Assembly (NCBI RefSeq): GCF_006345805.1 | Contig: NC_042997.1 | Span: forward strand, 187,736,001-187,800,000 | DNA length: 64,000 bases | Direction: 5' to 3' | Origin: Octopus sinensis | Taxonomy: Eukaryota | Made by a program: the position numbers and the translations under genes | The notes under the pieces: model-generated | Told to the model about the DNA's origin: nothing | Database searches by the model: none | Seen by the model: only the letters and a program-made list of their open reading frames with translations | Shown: positions 38,697 to 51,300 of the stretch, in pieces | Position numbering within the stretch: position 1 is the stretch's first letter | Layout of the letters: every line of letters starts with the position of its first letter

Positions 38697-39341
38697 TAAC
38701 TAGACACATCAACCTCACTAAGCACACAGACACGTACGCATATTTTGGTGTGTGTGTGTACGCACACGTACAAACAGAGAGCTAGAAAAAGAGAGATAGA
38801 AAAATGGTGGTGATTAGTGGTAACTGTTCCTTGCCTTTACACCACTGAAAGTGTTGCCAATAAAGAAAGGTTCTGCATATATTTTTTGTTGAGGTTGACT
38901 AAGCTTCTGTAGATTATGTAACCTATATTGGTGCACACGCAGCCGAGAGACAGATGAATAATGAACCTCTCTAATGACAAAGGATTAGTTATCTTATATC
39001 AGTCAATATGTTTTAATAAATCATGCAATACAACATACAGCGTTGACCAATTCAAGATTAACAAAACGAAAAAAGTATTTCTATCCATGCGCTAAAACAG
39101 TTCTGGAATTGCAAGCCCTTAGGAAAAAACATGGTACTTGTTCCAGTCATTTGACTGCGGCCGTGCTGGAGCACCGCATGAATGGGTTTTTTAGTCGAAG
39201 AAATCGACCTCCATGACTTATTCTTTGTAAACATAGTACTTACTCCATCGGTCTCTCTAGGCGAACCGCTAAGTTACGGGGACGTAAACGCATAAACATC
39301 GGTTGTCAAGCGAAGGTGATGGTACAAAAACAGTCCCAAAG

Positions 39342-39374
<33 letters not shown>

Positions 39375-39377
39375 AAA

Positions 39378-39379
<2 letters not shown>

Positions 39380-39456
<77 letters not shown>
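39380..39456. repeat. (GATA)n microsatellite
   Basis: Directly visible. Confidence 0.95.
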
Positions 39457-40384
39457 CGGCAAATAAGAAAAATTAAGGGTAAACCACTTTTTACCCCCGC
39501 CTATATATGACACTCAATTGCAAGATTGCGACGCAATAACCAGCATTTGAGTATAAATAATTGGGTACACTACCAACAGTATATTGGATAGGATATTATA
39601 TCTCTTAGTTGGTTGGTTTCCTAACTTCTAACTCTCACAGAAATAGACAGACAGAGAGATACGACGGGCTTCGTTCAGTTTCTGTCTACCAAATCCACTC
39701 ACAAGGCTTTGGTGGTCGGCCCGCTGAGCGACTAAATCCGGAACCATATGGCTGGGAAGCAGATTTCTTACCACACAGCCATGCCTGTGGCTTTATTTCC
39801 GAAAGGGAAAATGACAACCTGCTTGCAGACAGGAATGAAACTGGGCATCTCTTGTTGACATCGCTTCCTTTCCTTCACAATAAAGTTTTCCAATCTAAGC
39901 GTTAGGCTAGCAATTTCGAGGAGATGAGGTTAGTACATTGGCTGGCACATTACTTTAACGACATCGAAAGGAGGAAAGGCAAATCTGACCTCGGTAAAAT
40001 TTGAACTCAGAATTTCTCTCACAAATAAATGCATGGAAATATTTTATTTCCATGCATTTAAACTCTTAAACCACGGCTCTACTTTATATTTATGTAGCTT
40101 ATTAAGTAAATTAAGTTTGAAACAATAAGATAAATGTCTAAGATAATATAATCTTGAGTGTAGACAAGAACAGAAGCTAAGATATACTTAAAAATAAAAT
40201 TAATTTTTAAAGATGCTTTCTTGCATAAACAGTACTGGATACTATACATTTGAAAAACAACATTTTAAAAGCGAGAAAATTTGAACTGTTCTCACTCTCT
40301 CTCACACACACACAAAGTGAGAGTGTTAAGTTTAAGCGAATTATTACTTCTATTACTTAAATTATTATCAAGGGGCTCAGTATG

Positions 40385-41295
40385 GCGGCGAGCTGGCAGA
40401 AATGTTAGCACGCCGGGCGAAATGCGTAGCCGTATTTCGTCTGCTGTTACGTTCTGAGTTCAAATTCCGCCGAGGTCGACTTTGCCTTTCATCCTTTCCG
40501 GGTCGATAAACTATGTACCAGTTACGCACTGGAGTCGATGTAATCGACTTAATCCGTTTGTCTGTCCTTGTTTGTCCCCTCTGTGTTTAGCCCCTGGTGG
40601 GTAGTAAAGAAATAGGTATTTCGCCCGTCGCTACATTCTGAATTTCCGCCGAGGTTGACTTTGCCTTTCATCCTTTCGGGGTCGATAAATTAAGTACCAG
40701 TTGAACACTGGGGTCGATGCAATCGACACATCCACTCCCCAAAAATGGCTGCCCTTGTGGCAAAATTTGAAACCGTTATTAAGGGACCCAGTTACAAGTT
40801 GTATATATGTTCGTTCTATTTTATCACTTCTCTCTCATTATTGGTCGCTATATTTTTTTCTTTTTCTTTGTCATTTAGATAGATAAATGAATAATTATTT
40901 CTTATAACTAAAGCGGCGCGCTGGCAGAAACGTTAGCACGCCAGGCGAAATGCTTAGCAGTATTTCGTCTGCCGCTACGTTCTGAGTTCAAATTCCGTCG
41001 AGGTCGACTTTGCCTTTCATCCTTCGGGGTCGATTAAATAAGTACCAGTTACGCACTGGGGTCGATATAATCGACTTAATCCGTTTGTCTGTCCTTGTTT
41101 GTCCTCTCTGTGTTTAGCCCCTTGTGGGTAGTAAAGAAATAGACACGTCTTCCGGCTTTTTGAGTTCAAATTCCGGCGAGGTCGACTTTATCTTCCATCG
41201 TTTGGAAGCCGATAAAATAAATTCTAGTCCAGCACTAGGGTCGATGTAATCGACTTCTTTTTAAAATTACAGGCCTTGTGCCAAAATTTGAAGCC
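40385..41295 (+). mobile_element. Two consecutive dimeric type-A SINEs (full unit + long tail + headless unit)
   Basis: Units at about 40385-40780 and 40913-41295 have the same architecture as 17909-18280. Confidence 0.88.
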
Positions 41296-41960
41296 ATTGG
41301 TTATTATTATTCAATGGTTTTCCTTGACTACTAGACATTGTATCTGCGTTCTCTCTATAGATAGATCACCGAGAAAACATGGTATTCCTCCACCTCCTTC
41401 TCTCTGTGTTCCATCGCTATTAAATAACATGTCTCGCTCGGCTTCTTCATCAAACAATTCAGGTTCGATTTCACCGCGAGACACTGAGAAAGTGTCCGCT
41501 ACCAGAGTTTTGGATCGACCAAAGATTTGTGAGTGAAATTTGGTAGATAGGAACTATGTATAAGTGTATCGGAGGGGCCGTTTTTATTCTAGGTTAGTAG
41601 AGATAATGTATCGTCCAGTTTTACTCCACAATCTGACTCTTAAATGTTTTTAACGGAAACTACTCTGATACAAATATTTGAGTCGGGTCCTCGACCTATT
41701 GATAACTTCTTAACTAGCATTAGTCATAGGGAACTTGAAGAGGGTTATAAGCGCTGCCGTTTCCCCTCTGATGAAACCATTAAAAGTTATATCTGCTGTT
41801 ATTGTAATTTCTGTGCCATGTTTTATCTCTTTCCCATCTAGCTTGCCAATACATTACCTCGAGACACTTTACAAAAAGTATATCTCTATTCCTAATAAAT
41901 ATAAACATAAATAAATAATGCATTCTTGAATTGAAATATAATTATTTACCTACTTTTATA

Positions 41961-43264
41961 TACGAGGGTAAGTCAAAAATTATACGCACCCTTGTTTCTG
42001 TAATTTATTAAAACTAAAGCAGGGGTTGAACAATTACAACACTTTCGACATGGTCTCCTTTCTTTTTGATGCACTACTTCCAGCGGTCCACAAGCTTACT
42101 TATTCCATCGCAGAGGAAAGTTTTCGGCTGGTCGCGCAGCCATTTATGCACCGCTTCCAGCAGTTTCTTCACTACAACAAATCAACGACCTCGTAAAGAA
42201 TGTTTGAGCGGTCCAAAGAGGTAATAGCGAGAAGGGACGAGATCTGGACTGTATGCAGCGTGTTCCAGCTTCTCGAAATCCAATTTTCAATGCTTTCAAC
42301 GCTGTGGGTGGTCGTGTGTGAGCGTGCATTGTCGTGCAACAATAACACTTGCTTTGAGAACAGATCTTAGCGTTTGGTGAGAATTACTGGCTTCGATTTG
42401 TTGGCCACTATTTCACTGTAGCTTACACAGGTAACTGTTGGCTCTTTTTCCAGGTAATGCTCCAGTATGGGCTATTTTATGTTCCAATAACCCGATTAGC
42501 ATAATTTATTCTGCGAAAGATTGACTCTTGAATTTATTTTTTTCTGGCGACTCCGAGTGTTTCCACTCTATACCCTGCCTTTTTGGATCCTAGCTGAAAG
42601 TGATGGACCCAAATCTTATCTCATCTGTAACTATTCTCTCCGAAAAAGCTTCGCTTTCATCGTTGTAGCTGTCAAGTAAGTAAACGTTACAGATCTCCAC
42701 ACGATTGCGGTTTTGCGCTTCAGTAAGCTCTGTTGGCACCCATCTTTACGGAAGCGAAGCTTGTAGTGGATGATTTCGTATGCAGAACTATGACTAATTT
42801 GCAGAGAGCACGTCACCTCATCGATGGTCACTCGTCGGGTCTCTAGAACCATCTCTCGAGCTGGTTGAACCTTCATGTCAGTGGTGGAGGTTGGTGGGCG
42901 TCCTGCTCCCCTTCGTACTTCACGCTAGTTCGGTCATTTTTAAACTTCTCGATCCACTCAGACACACTTTTACGCGGTAGAGCGATGTCTCCGTATTGTA
43001 CTGAAAACCTGCGACGAATTTCAACCCATGACACACATTCAAACAAGAGAAATCAAATCACTGATCTCTCTTCTTCTTCTTTGGTGCACATTGCCAGCAG
43101 AGCGATCATGTTTACTGTGTAACTTAAGAAAGAAAATTGGAGTGATCAAGATCAAACCTCGGTTACATAACCACAAAAGTACCAACTTTTAACACGCAAA
43201 CGCTAATGACAATTGTAACGAGCGTGAAGAAAGTTTTAGCGATATTTTTAAACTTCCTCTAGTA
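41961..43264 (-). mobile_element. Decayed full-length mariner transposon
   Basis: TA-flanked degenerate TIRs (TACGAGGGTAAGTCAAAAAT.. and ..TTTTTAAACTTCCTCTAGTA). Transposase pieces read MCTKEEERSVI, EWIEKFKNDRTSV and ETRRVTIDEVTCSLQISHSSAYEII. Confidence 0.88.
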
Positions 43265-43507
43265 TATTTGATATGTCACAGATTTGGATATCATTTACCA
43301 ATGTCTATATCTGTACATAGATAATATAACCATGTGAATACATATTCGCTGTCTCATCGTTTTTATACAGATTTGAAGTTCAACTCTTGATGATTTGCAT
43401 AAACAACTGTTCGGGTCAGAAACATGATCAATCAGACACGCCAAACACTTTTAAATAGCCTCACTGCGATTTTCTTTTTTACTAGAATGCCCGTGTCGTC
43501 AAAAACA

Positions 43508-43556
<49 letters not shown>

Positions 43557-44799
43557 GTATATGTGCATATACATATTATGTATATATTCATACACATATG
43601 TGTAAATACATATATGTTTGTGTGTATGCATACCTTTTTATTTTTACTTGTTTCAGTCATTAGACAGCGGCCATGTTGGGGCACTGCCATGAAGAATTTT
43701 AGTCGAGCGAATCGATACCAGTACTTCTTTTTTAAAAGCCTGTTACTTATTTTATCGTTCTCTTTCTCCGAACTGCTAAGTTACGGGGACGTAAACACAC
43801 CAGCACCAGTTGCCATCTACTAAATATCAGAAAACACTTGCCCAGGGCGCTACATAATGAGACTATAAAACGAAACCATGTGGTTGAGAAGTAAACTTCT
43901 TGACCCACAGCCAACAAATTGTATATGTACATGCCAAAAGTACATATATATGTATGTATATCTATATACGTGTGATTGTGTGTATGTGTGTGTGTATGTG
44001 TGTGTGTGTGAGAGAGAAAGAGAGAGGGAGAGAGAGAGTATTACTTTGTCTTTCATCCTTTCGGGGTCGATAAATAAAGTACCAGTTACGCACTGGGGTC
44101 GATGTAATCAACTTAATCCGTTTGTCTGACCCCTCTATGTTTAACCCCTTGTGGGCAATAAAGAAATATATATTAAAAGTAAACATTCAGCTTCAGCATA
44201 TTTCTAATTTCCACTATTTTGTTCACTATAAGTAAATTACTTCAGTCACCTTATTCTGGAGATTTATCACCAATGGGAAAGGAGTTTAGTATGTCCCATT
44301 CTAAGTAACAATTTGAAATTTTCTTGCATAATTTCCAAATTTTCGAAGCTGCTGACAAGATTAATAAAATTCTGAATTCGATGACGAGATTCATTAAATC
44401 TGTTCTTACTCCACAATAAACAAGAGACACAATCTTTGACTTTATAAAGTGGTTGCATTGTTTGCCTCGTCTATCAATTTGTTTGTTGTTTTTCGTCAGT
44501 ATTATAAGGTTTCACTATATTCCTGCTAGATAAATATTTGAACATCAGACAAATACCACAAGAGTGAACATGGCAATTGTGGTGCCATGTTTTAAGGTAC
44601 TGAATTGCATATTCTAAGAAACAACTGTCAATATATAACAAATTACCAAATGAAATCCTTGTAAATGATCTTCAAGTATATAAATTGTAAACCATCTGGA
44701 GAAATACTAATAGTTTAATAATTAAAAAAAAAAACGCTGAGTGGAATTAGAAAGGAACATTCTACATAATGTCTTTAGAGATATTGAAGAATTTGTTTT

Positions 44800-45360
44800 C
44801 AATTACTAAGAGGAGAGGCAAGGCACTCTTAGACTTAGCTGATATCTATGGAATGGAGTAAAGTAACCAGAGAGTGTGTTCTATCAGGCTGTATCCTTGG
44901 AAAGGAAAAATTGGGCAAAGTCCTTGGCAGCGTAATTTACTCCGCTTTGTGAACTGTTTAGTGCAGGATTTGCAAGTGAGAGAGAGGTGATAGATGTAAA
45001 AAAAATAGGTGGCTTAAATGGAGGTGAAACGCAACTTTCTCGTTCAGGCCTGCCGAATCCTTTGAAGAGGAAAAGAGAATAAGCAGTGTGTCTGTGAACC
45101 AATGCTGCAGTGTGAATGAATATTTGCCAATCATGATGGAGTTCTTTGACTGCAGTCAAGACTATAAGTACTGTCTACCAGATGCGTGAGCATTACTCTA
45201 ATGTTGATCACGTATGTGCTTTGTAAAAGATCAGTGACTGATCAGGAACGAAGTTTTAGTAGTTCTGGAGAGCGTCTAGCCTTTGGGCTGCAATTTTAAG
45301 AATGTTATGACTATTCGCCAGGCACCCGTAACGAGAATTTATAGTGTGACTTCGAGTTTT
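44800..45360 (-). pseudogene. Decayed CR1/L2/Jockey-group LINE 3' fragment (similar to 6520-7620)
   Basis: Translation gives LIFYKAHT*STLE*CSRIW (cf. LYKAQIRPTLEYCSHIW), HRHTAYSLFLF and FAQFFLSKDTA. Confidence 0.65.
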
Positions 45361-45383
45361 AACAGCGGTTTGCTTATTAATAG

Positions 45384-45550
45384 CAGGACCAGCTCAAGGT
45401 ACCGGCAACTCGAGTAGTCGCCCGGGGCGCCATGTGCTTTTTAGTCTACATTTTCAGTTTCTCTTTATGAAAGTTTTTTTAAGATTTATACATGTAAGGG
45501 CGCTGAAGTTCAGCTTACCCGAGGTGCCAGCAACCCTAGGGCTGGCCCCG
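45384..45550. mobile_element. hAT-type MITE
   Basis: TIRs CAGGACCAGCTCAAGG and CCCTAGGGCTGGCCCCG. Flanking 8-mers ATTAATAG and ATCTATAG match at 6/8, consistent with an old 8-bp TSD. Confidence 0.6.
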
Positions 45551-46020
45551 ATCTATAGGGAGGGTGTACTGTTGCTTGGTTTTTGTCCTTGATATGTGTA
45601 GTGATCGCACTTTTGTACAGTTGGTGAAAGCAGCGTTGTCATATTCTCATTGAATGGTGTCTATTTGGAGTCCCTTTATTTTATAAGGTTGCCAAATGTG
45701 AGGTTCAATACAAGCAATCAGACGTAGGTTGTTTACTAACTTAAATATCCTCAGCAACTGATGCTTCTTTTGATGAAGCACACGGACACTGTCTTCAGAG
45801 TTACGTAATCGATTGTTTTGACGCTGGCACTTAATTATAATGACTATAGCAAGGAGGTAGATAAAATCGACTTCAGTTGCATTGAACTCTCAGCAATGAG
45901 ACATTGAAGTAGACACTATAAGATATCTATTCTGTCATTTCCGTCATACGATCTCAACCGTCTTAGATGAACAATAAGAGAAGTATACCGCACATGCTTT
46001 AGTACAGACATTCTACGTAT

Positions 46021-46081
<61 letters not shown>

Positions 46082-46205
46082 TAAAAACTTATGTAATTTT
46101 CAGAATAGTAAATGATATAACTGTTCTGGTTGATATGTAAAATATGTTGTCAAAAAAATCACAGAAGTGGATATGAAACGAAGAATAATACACTAGTAAT
46201 GCGAT

Positions 46206-46239
<34 letters not shown>

Positions 46240-47559
46240 CAGCAGCAGCAGCAGCAGCATTAGTAATGGCGGTGGTGGAAACAGCAGCAACAGCAGCAGC
46301 AGTTATGGCAACAGCAGGAGTAGCAATATCCATCACATACGTATATTGAATTTCGATCAATACAGGAATATTTTAAAATAACCATTAACGTGTAAATTAT
46401 GTAGCCCGGCATATCAGTCGAATGACTAGAACTACTTGCACATCTCATCTAACGGGAAAAGCCTCACAGCTGTGAGAGCTACTATAGTTTAACAATGAGC
46501 TTCTTGGTTTGTTGATAAAGGGTTGGGGGGGGGGTTCTGTCTGGTTTTTGTTTTTTGGTCTTAACCCGCCAATGTTTAAAGAATCATGTTGCAATGTAGA
46601 GATTTCAGTTATCTTTCGAATTAGTATAGATAGGTCCCTAATTTGGATGCGACACGCAGCGATACGTTTTCCGACTCCAATTTTGCTGCATCGGCCGCAA
46701 TCCCGAGTGTCGCCGCCCTTAACGGAGAGGAGTGAAAGATAAACAAATACAGGAGCCTGACCGGCGTTATCAGTTTGTGTCGGTCGCCGTCGAAGCGCCG
46801 GGTGTTCTCGGACTCCCGCATTGCCGATTTCCTTCACCAATCGGGATAACTGCGACCTATCTGAGAAACGAGTCCCGCGAGGTGCGATGGCTGTTGCAAC
46901 AAGTGACACTGGTCATTCTCCACGGCAACGCCTTTGCAATCATGTCCGCGAGGCGCGGCTAAACATGCCATTAGATCTGGGGTGTACAACCCATTACACT
47001 CTCCCCACCTGATCTTCTGCTGCTTAATTCCCCCTACCCTATTTCTTCTTTTTCTTTGTTTCCTTGTGGAGGTAGTTAATTTTTTTTCTCTCGCTAATTT
47101 GATCTTTTATACTTTAATGTTTTCGTTTGCTATAAAAATATGTTGTTGATAAAACATCAAATAGAGGAATTTAAAGTATTCCGGTCAGACTTCAACTGGT
47201 TTCATATTTTAAAAAAAAACAGGGGTTAAGTAGATATAGTTAAAACGCATATTAGAAAATAATGCGGTGTTTTAGATGAATATTAAAAAAGTATACTATA
47301 TTTCTAATATATGTTGACGTTGCTCATCTGTAATGAACTTAGCAGATGTCGCTCAATCAGTAAGTCTATATAGCGCTATTGTTGAAAATAAATAGGCCTT
47401 ATTGCTTTTGGAGGGTTAGTTATTAAATATGAAGTACCAGTAGTATGATGGTGTCGGATCATTTAGATTTCATGTAACCATGAAACATTGAACTACCTTG
47501 CTAATTCTTCAAATAATACTGCAAGTCTTTATATATATACTATTTATATTTATTATATT

Positions 47560-47750
47560 ATATATATATATAAGGGAAAGTTTACGAAAAAAAATAAAAG
47601 ACGAAGACAGGTGGTGTACAAAACAAACAAATGTATTAGTATAGCGCTCAGGAATAGAAAAAGTCTTTTACGTTTCGAGCCTACGCTCTTCTACAGAAAG
47701 GTACACAGAAAAAACAAGGAGAGAAAAAAATGTGTGTAGTGGCTAACGAT
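47560..47750 (-). mobile_element. Short Penelope-tail-like repeat with a variant hammerhead motif; sister copy at about 54500-54690 (+)
   Basis: The two copies align over about 150 nt and both carry GAGC-GTAG-GCTC-GAAACGT. Confidence 0.65.
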
Positions 47751-47924
47751 CTATCATGGCGTCTGACAGCACACCAGTGTTGTCAAAATTGCCGGCAGTT
47801 CTATTAATGATAAAAAATGTTGCATCAAAACAATGACAGAATCCATTCATAAATGTCAGCAATTCAGTAAATTGAACAATCAGACACGGTTGTAATGTCT
47901 CCGTTGAAAATATTATTTTCTGCT

Positions 47925-48128
47925 CTAGGCACAAGGCCCGAAATTTTGGGGGAGGGGGCCAGTCGATTAGATCGACCCCAGTACGCAACTAGTGCTTAGT
48001 TTATCGACCCCGAAAGGATGAAAGGCAAAGTCGACCTCGGCAGAATTTGAACTCAGAACATAAAGACAGACGAAATACCGCTAAGCATTCCGCCCGACGT
48101 GTTAACGTTTCTGCCAGTTCGCCGCCTT
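47925..48128 (-). mobile_element. Type-A SINE (inverted); another inverted copy at about 53475-53670
   Basis: Reverse complement of the 14388 family. Confidence 0.85.
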
Positions 48129-48482
48129 CTATTTATAAGCTTAGTACTTACAGTAGAGGTTTCTTTTTCTCGAACTACTAAGTTACATGGACATAAACAA
48201 ACCAACGCCGGTTGTGAAGCGGTGGTGGTGGACAAACACAAAAATACACACACATATACATTTATACATCTGTTCATGTGAATACAAATACATATGTGCG
48301 TATATGTGTGTGAATGTGTTATCCTTTATTTGGAAAAGGAAATAAGGGTTACTTTCAGGAGTGACAAGCATAGAAAAGCGGACTAAAAAGATAAAAATGA
48401 AACTATACATATATAATATATAAAAACTATGTTACATAAGCGATAATATTTTACAAACAAAAGAGTTTAATATTTAATTTCA

Positions 48483-49373
48483 TATGCGAGGTGGAATCAA
48501 AAGGTTCCTGGACAAGTTATGTTTAATAAAAAATAATTTATTTACGTAAGCTTTAACAACATCTCCTTCGAAATAGTCCACCTAGCGCAGCAATACAGTG
48601 GTCTCAGCGTTCCTGCCACTTTTGGAATCCAGCCTGGAACTCGTTTTCCGTAAGCGAATCGAGGACCTTTCGCGATTCGCTCTAGATCTCGACAACAGCG
48701 TTAAAACGACGACCTTTGAATTGCATTTTCATTTTGGGGAAGAAGTGGGAGTCTGCAGGTGCTACATCTGGTGAATAGGAAGCGACACTATGTTTTTGGC
48801 GAGAAACTCACGAATGAGGAGAGCTCGGTAAAGAATCCAATTCTTTGCGCTCCACAGATCCGGTCGCTTTCGCCGAATGTCCTCCCTCAAACGTTTCAAA
48901 ACGTCGCAATAGAACTCTCGATTAATGGTCTGGCCCTGTGGGAAGAATTGTCAATGTACAATACCACATTTCAAGGAGTGTCGCTCGTGGCAGGTCTTCG
49001 AGATCCCTCATCGTCTTCTAGGGACATTCTTCCACTTTTGAAGCACCCGTGTCACTCGAAATATAGCGTACAACCCATTGCCTCGTCGCTGTACGCTTGC
49101 CGAAGAATTTCAGAGTCTCTGTAGCAGACTTTCCAAGTTTAACACAAAATTTCACGCTGTCTTTTTCTTCCTGCCCATTACAAAATTGCAGACTACAGCA
49201 TACATGTGATCACAAAAGACAAATTTCACAACTTACGAAGTAAACACAGCCATGTCACACGGCACACTCCCTCATGAAGGTCACTGCTAGCTTTCACTGC
49301 GCACGCAACCGTGTGCTGCCATCTGTTGGCGCGCTACCGAACTAGACCGGGAACTTTTTGATACCACCTCATA
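48483..49373 (-). mobile_element. Internally deleted mariner (about 890 bp)
   Basis: TIRs TATG(C)GAGGTGG.ATCAAAA.GTTCC.GG at both ends. The N-terminus VKLGKSATET..RQAYSDEAMG..SLEDDEGSRRP is joined to the C-terminal ..DYFEGD, and the catalytic middle is missing. Confidence 0.85.
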
Positions 49374-49949
49374 TATTTATATCTGTGTGCGAAATTTATA
49401 CAATACATATAATTTACGGTAAAAGTTTAGTTTCATTTCGGTTAAAATTCCGGCGACTTTAGAGCAAATCATCTCATTACAGTTTGCCTGCATTGAGCAT
49501 CTCTGACTGTCATTCACACCCACTCCATTTGTTGTTTTAGCTTCCCTCTACCATCGTGACTGTGTGAAAGACATTGCATTTTAGCATATGTGAGATAAGA
49601 TAATTAAGCATTAAGAAATGCAGAATGAACTTTCAAATACAAAAGACAAAGAGAACAACTATGTAGAGACGCTGTTGGATAATTTAGAAAACTTCAAACT
49701 GTATCATAAAGCATTATGAGACAAATACAAAAAATAAATAGAACGACTGTAGCTGGTGTTGAATGATTTAGAAAGTAAATTTTATAAAGTGGAACAAATT
49801 CAACAACTTCAAACGCTGAAGTGTGACAATAAAAGCATATATACAAAGGCACATAGCGTATTATGTATATCGATGCTGATGATATGGCGGTAGATAACGC
49901 ACATAATATGTAAGCTTTCTCCATTTAGTGAGTTCGATGCAGCTAATGT

Positions 49950-51300
49950 TCAGTTTATGCATTTCTACCTTGAAGTCTGCGGGGAAAAGCGGTCAGAAAG
50001 AGAAGATATCTACAAGAGGAGTAATTGTTCTGGGAGAAAGTTTTAGAACAGTGTTTAGAGCGAGAGCTGTATGATTTTCGAGCGGAGAAAAAAGAAGAGT
50101 ATGTCAGATGGATCTAGCCGATGGGAATATAAAGCTAACTAATTGGTGATGGGTAAGGTTATTGCAGTAATAGTAAAAGAAGATGGTAAAAAACCTCTTT
50201 GAGGCAGTTGTTATATTACCTTTGTGGATGAATCCTGACCAATCGATTAAAGAGCCTTCTGTTAAATATTGTTTAAAATTGGTATATGAGCGCACCACCT
50301 TCATATTGGAACAAAGTGGATCTTATTTGAGTATTGTAGGTCTGTACTACTTTCCCCTTTATGAAAAGAAGACCTAGCCCTAATAATGCACTTTTGATAC
50401 TGTTATATTTATGAAATCCCCTTCGGGGAGCGTCAGAAATTGTGAGACCTACCACTTTTAGCGACTTTGAAGGTTCATGTATAAAAGTAACATGGTAGAA
50501 GACAAATTATGTGTAGATTGTAAATTTGTCTTGCCGAAGAGTGTTTTAATATTTATATTCAGACAAGCAATACAAGTCTGGTGTAAGACATCTAGTTTGT
50601 GTCTAGATGATGTTTTATGCAAAAGATTAAAGAAATACAAAAGGTCGTTTCTTGACGAACTACTCTTCGGCAGAGAAGTTGTGATCGAGTATAGATCGTT
50701 AAGTAACAGAAAGAAGAATGTAAGAAAGATAAATGGAAACTTTCGTACATCAGAGTTGCTATGTGTTTGAGTTGGTGAGCTCACTATCTGCAATACTGAA
50801 AATGAACGAGCTGGCAGAAAACTTCCTGCCCAGAATGAGAAGTGAATCTGAAGACAGACAACTTTGACAGATAGCTCATATGTTAGACAGAGTCGAAGGC
50901 GTTGTTGGTGTCAAGGGCAACAACGTTACTTTCGCTGACGTTCTTATCGGAGAAAGATCATTGTGCATTATTTAAGAAAGCATACTCCGGTAGATCTTCC
51001 CTACAGAAAACGTACAGATGGTTACTGTGGTAGGGAACTAAATCTAATGAAAGAGCTGACTGTTTACGGCTTGGAATACTGGAAATATGGATAATGGGTT
51101 AGTAGTTTGGCAACGTTAGAGAGGTTTTTCGGAATATATTATGGTTCACGAATGAGAGACGTTTCCGCACTTGGCGACTGTGTGTATGGAGAACTGATAT
51201 GGGTGGAGTAGAGACTGAGACTTTGGAAATCAGTGAGCAGCAGATATGGTTGCTTTTTAATGGGAAAGTCATGTTTGTTGATAAGTAGCAGAGAAGAGGG
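49950..51300 (-). pseudogene. Decayed CR1/L2/Jockey-group LINE RT (similar to 6520-7620)
   Basis: Translation gives SESNVVALDTNNAFDSV*H, SFLPARSFSV, FFLLLNDL, LKVVGLTISD, LGLLF and TYNTQIRSTL. Confidence 0.65.

Noticed and set aside
46445-47012. Protein-coding ORFs on both strands in the GC-rich island
   Set aside because: No recognisable domain or clear splice framework. Open frames are expected from the higher GC.
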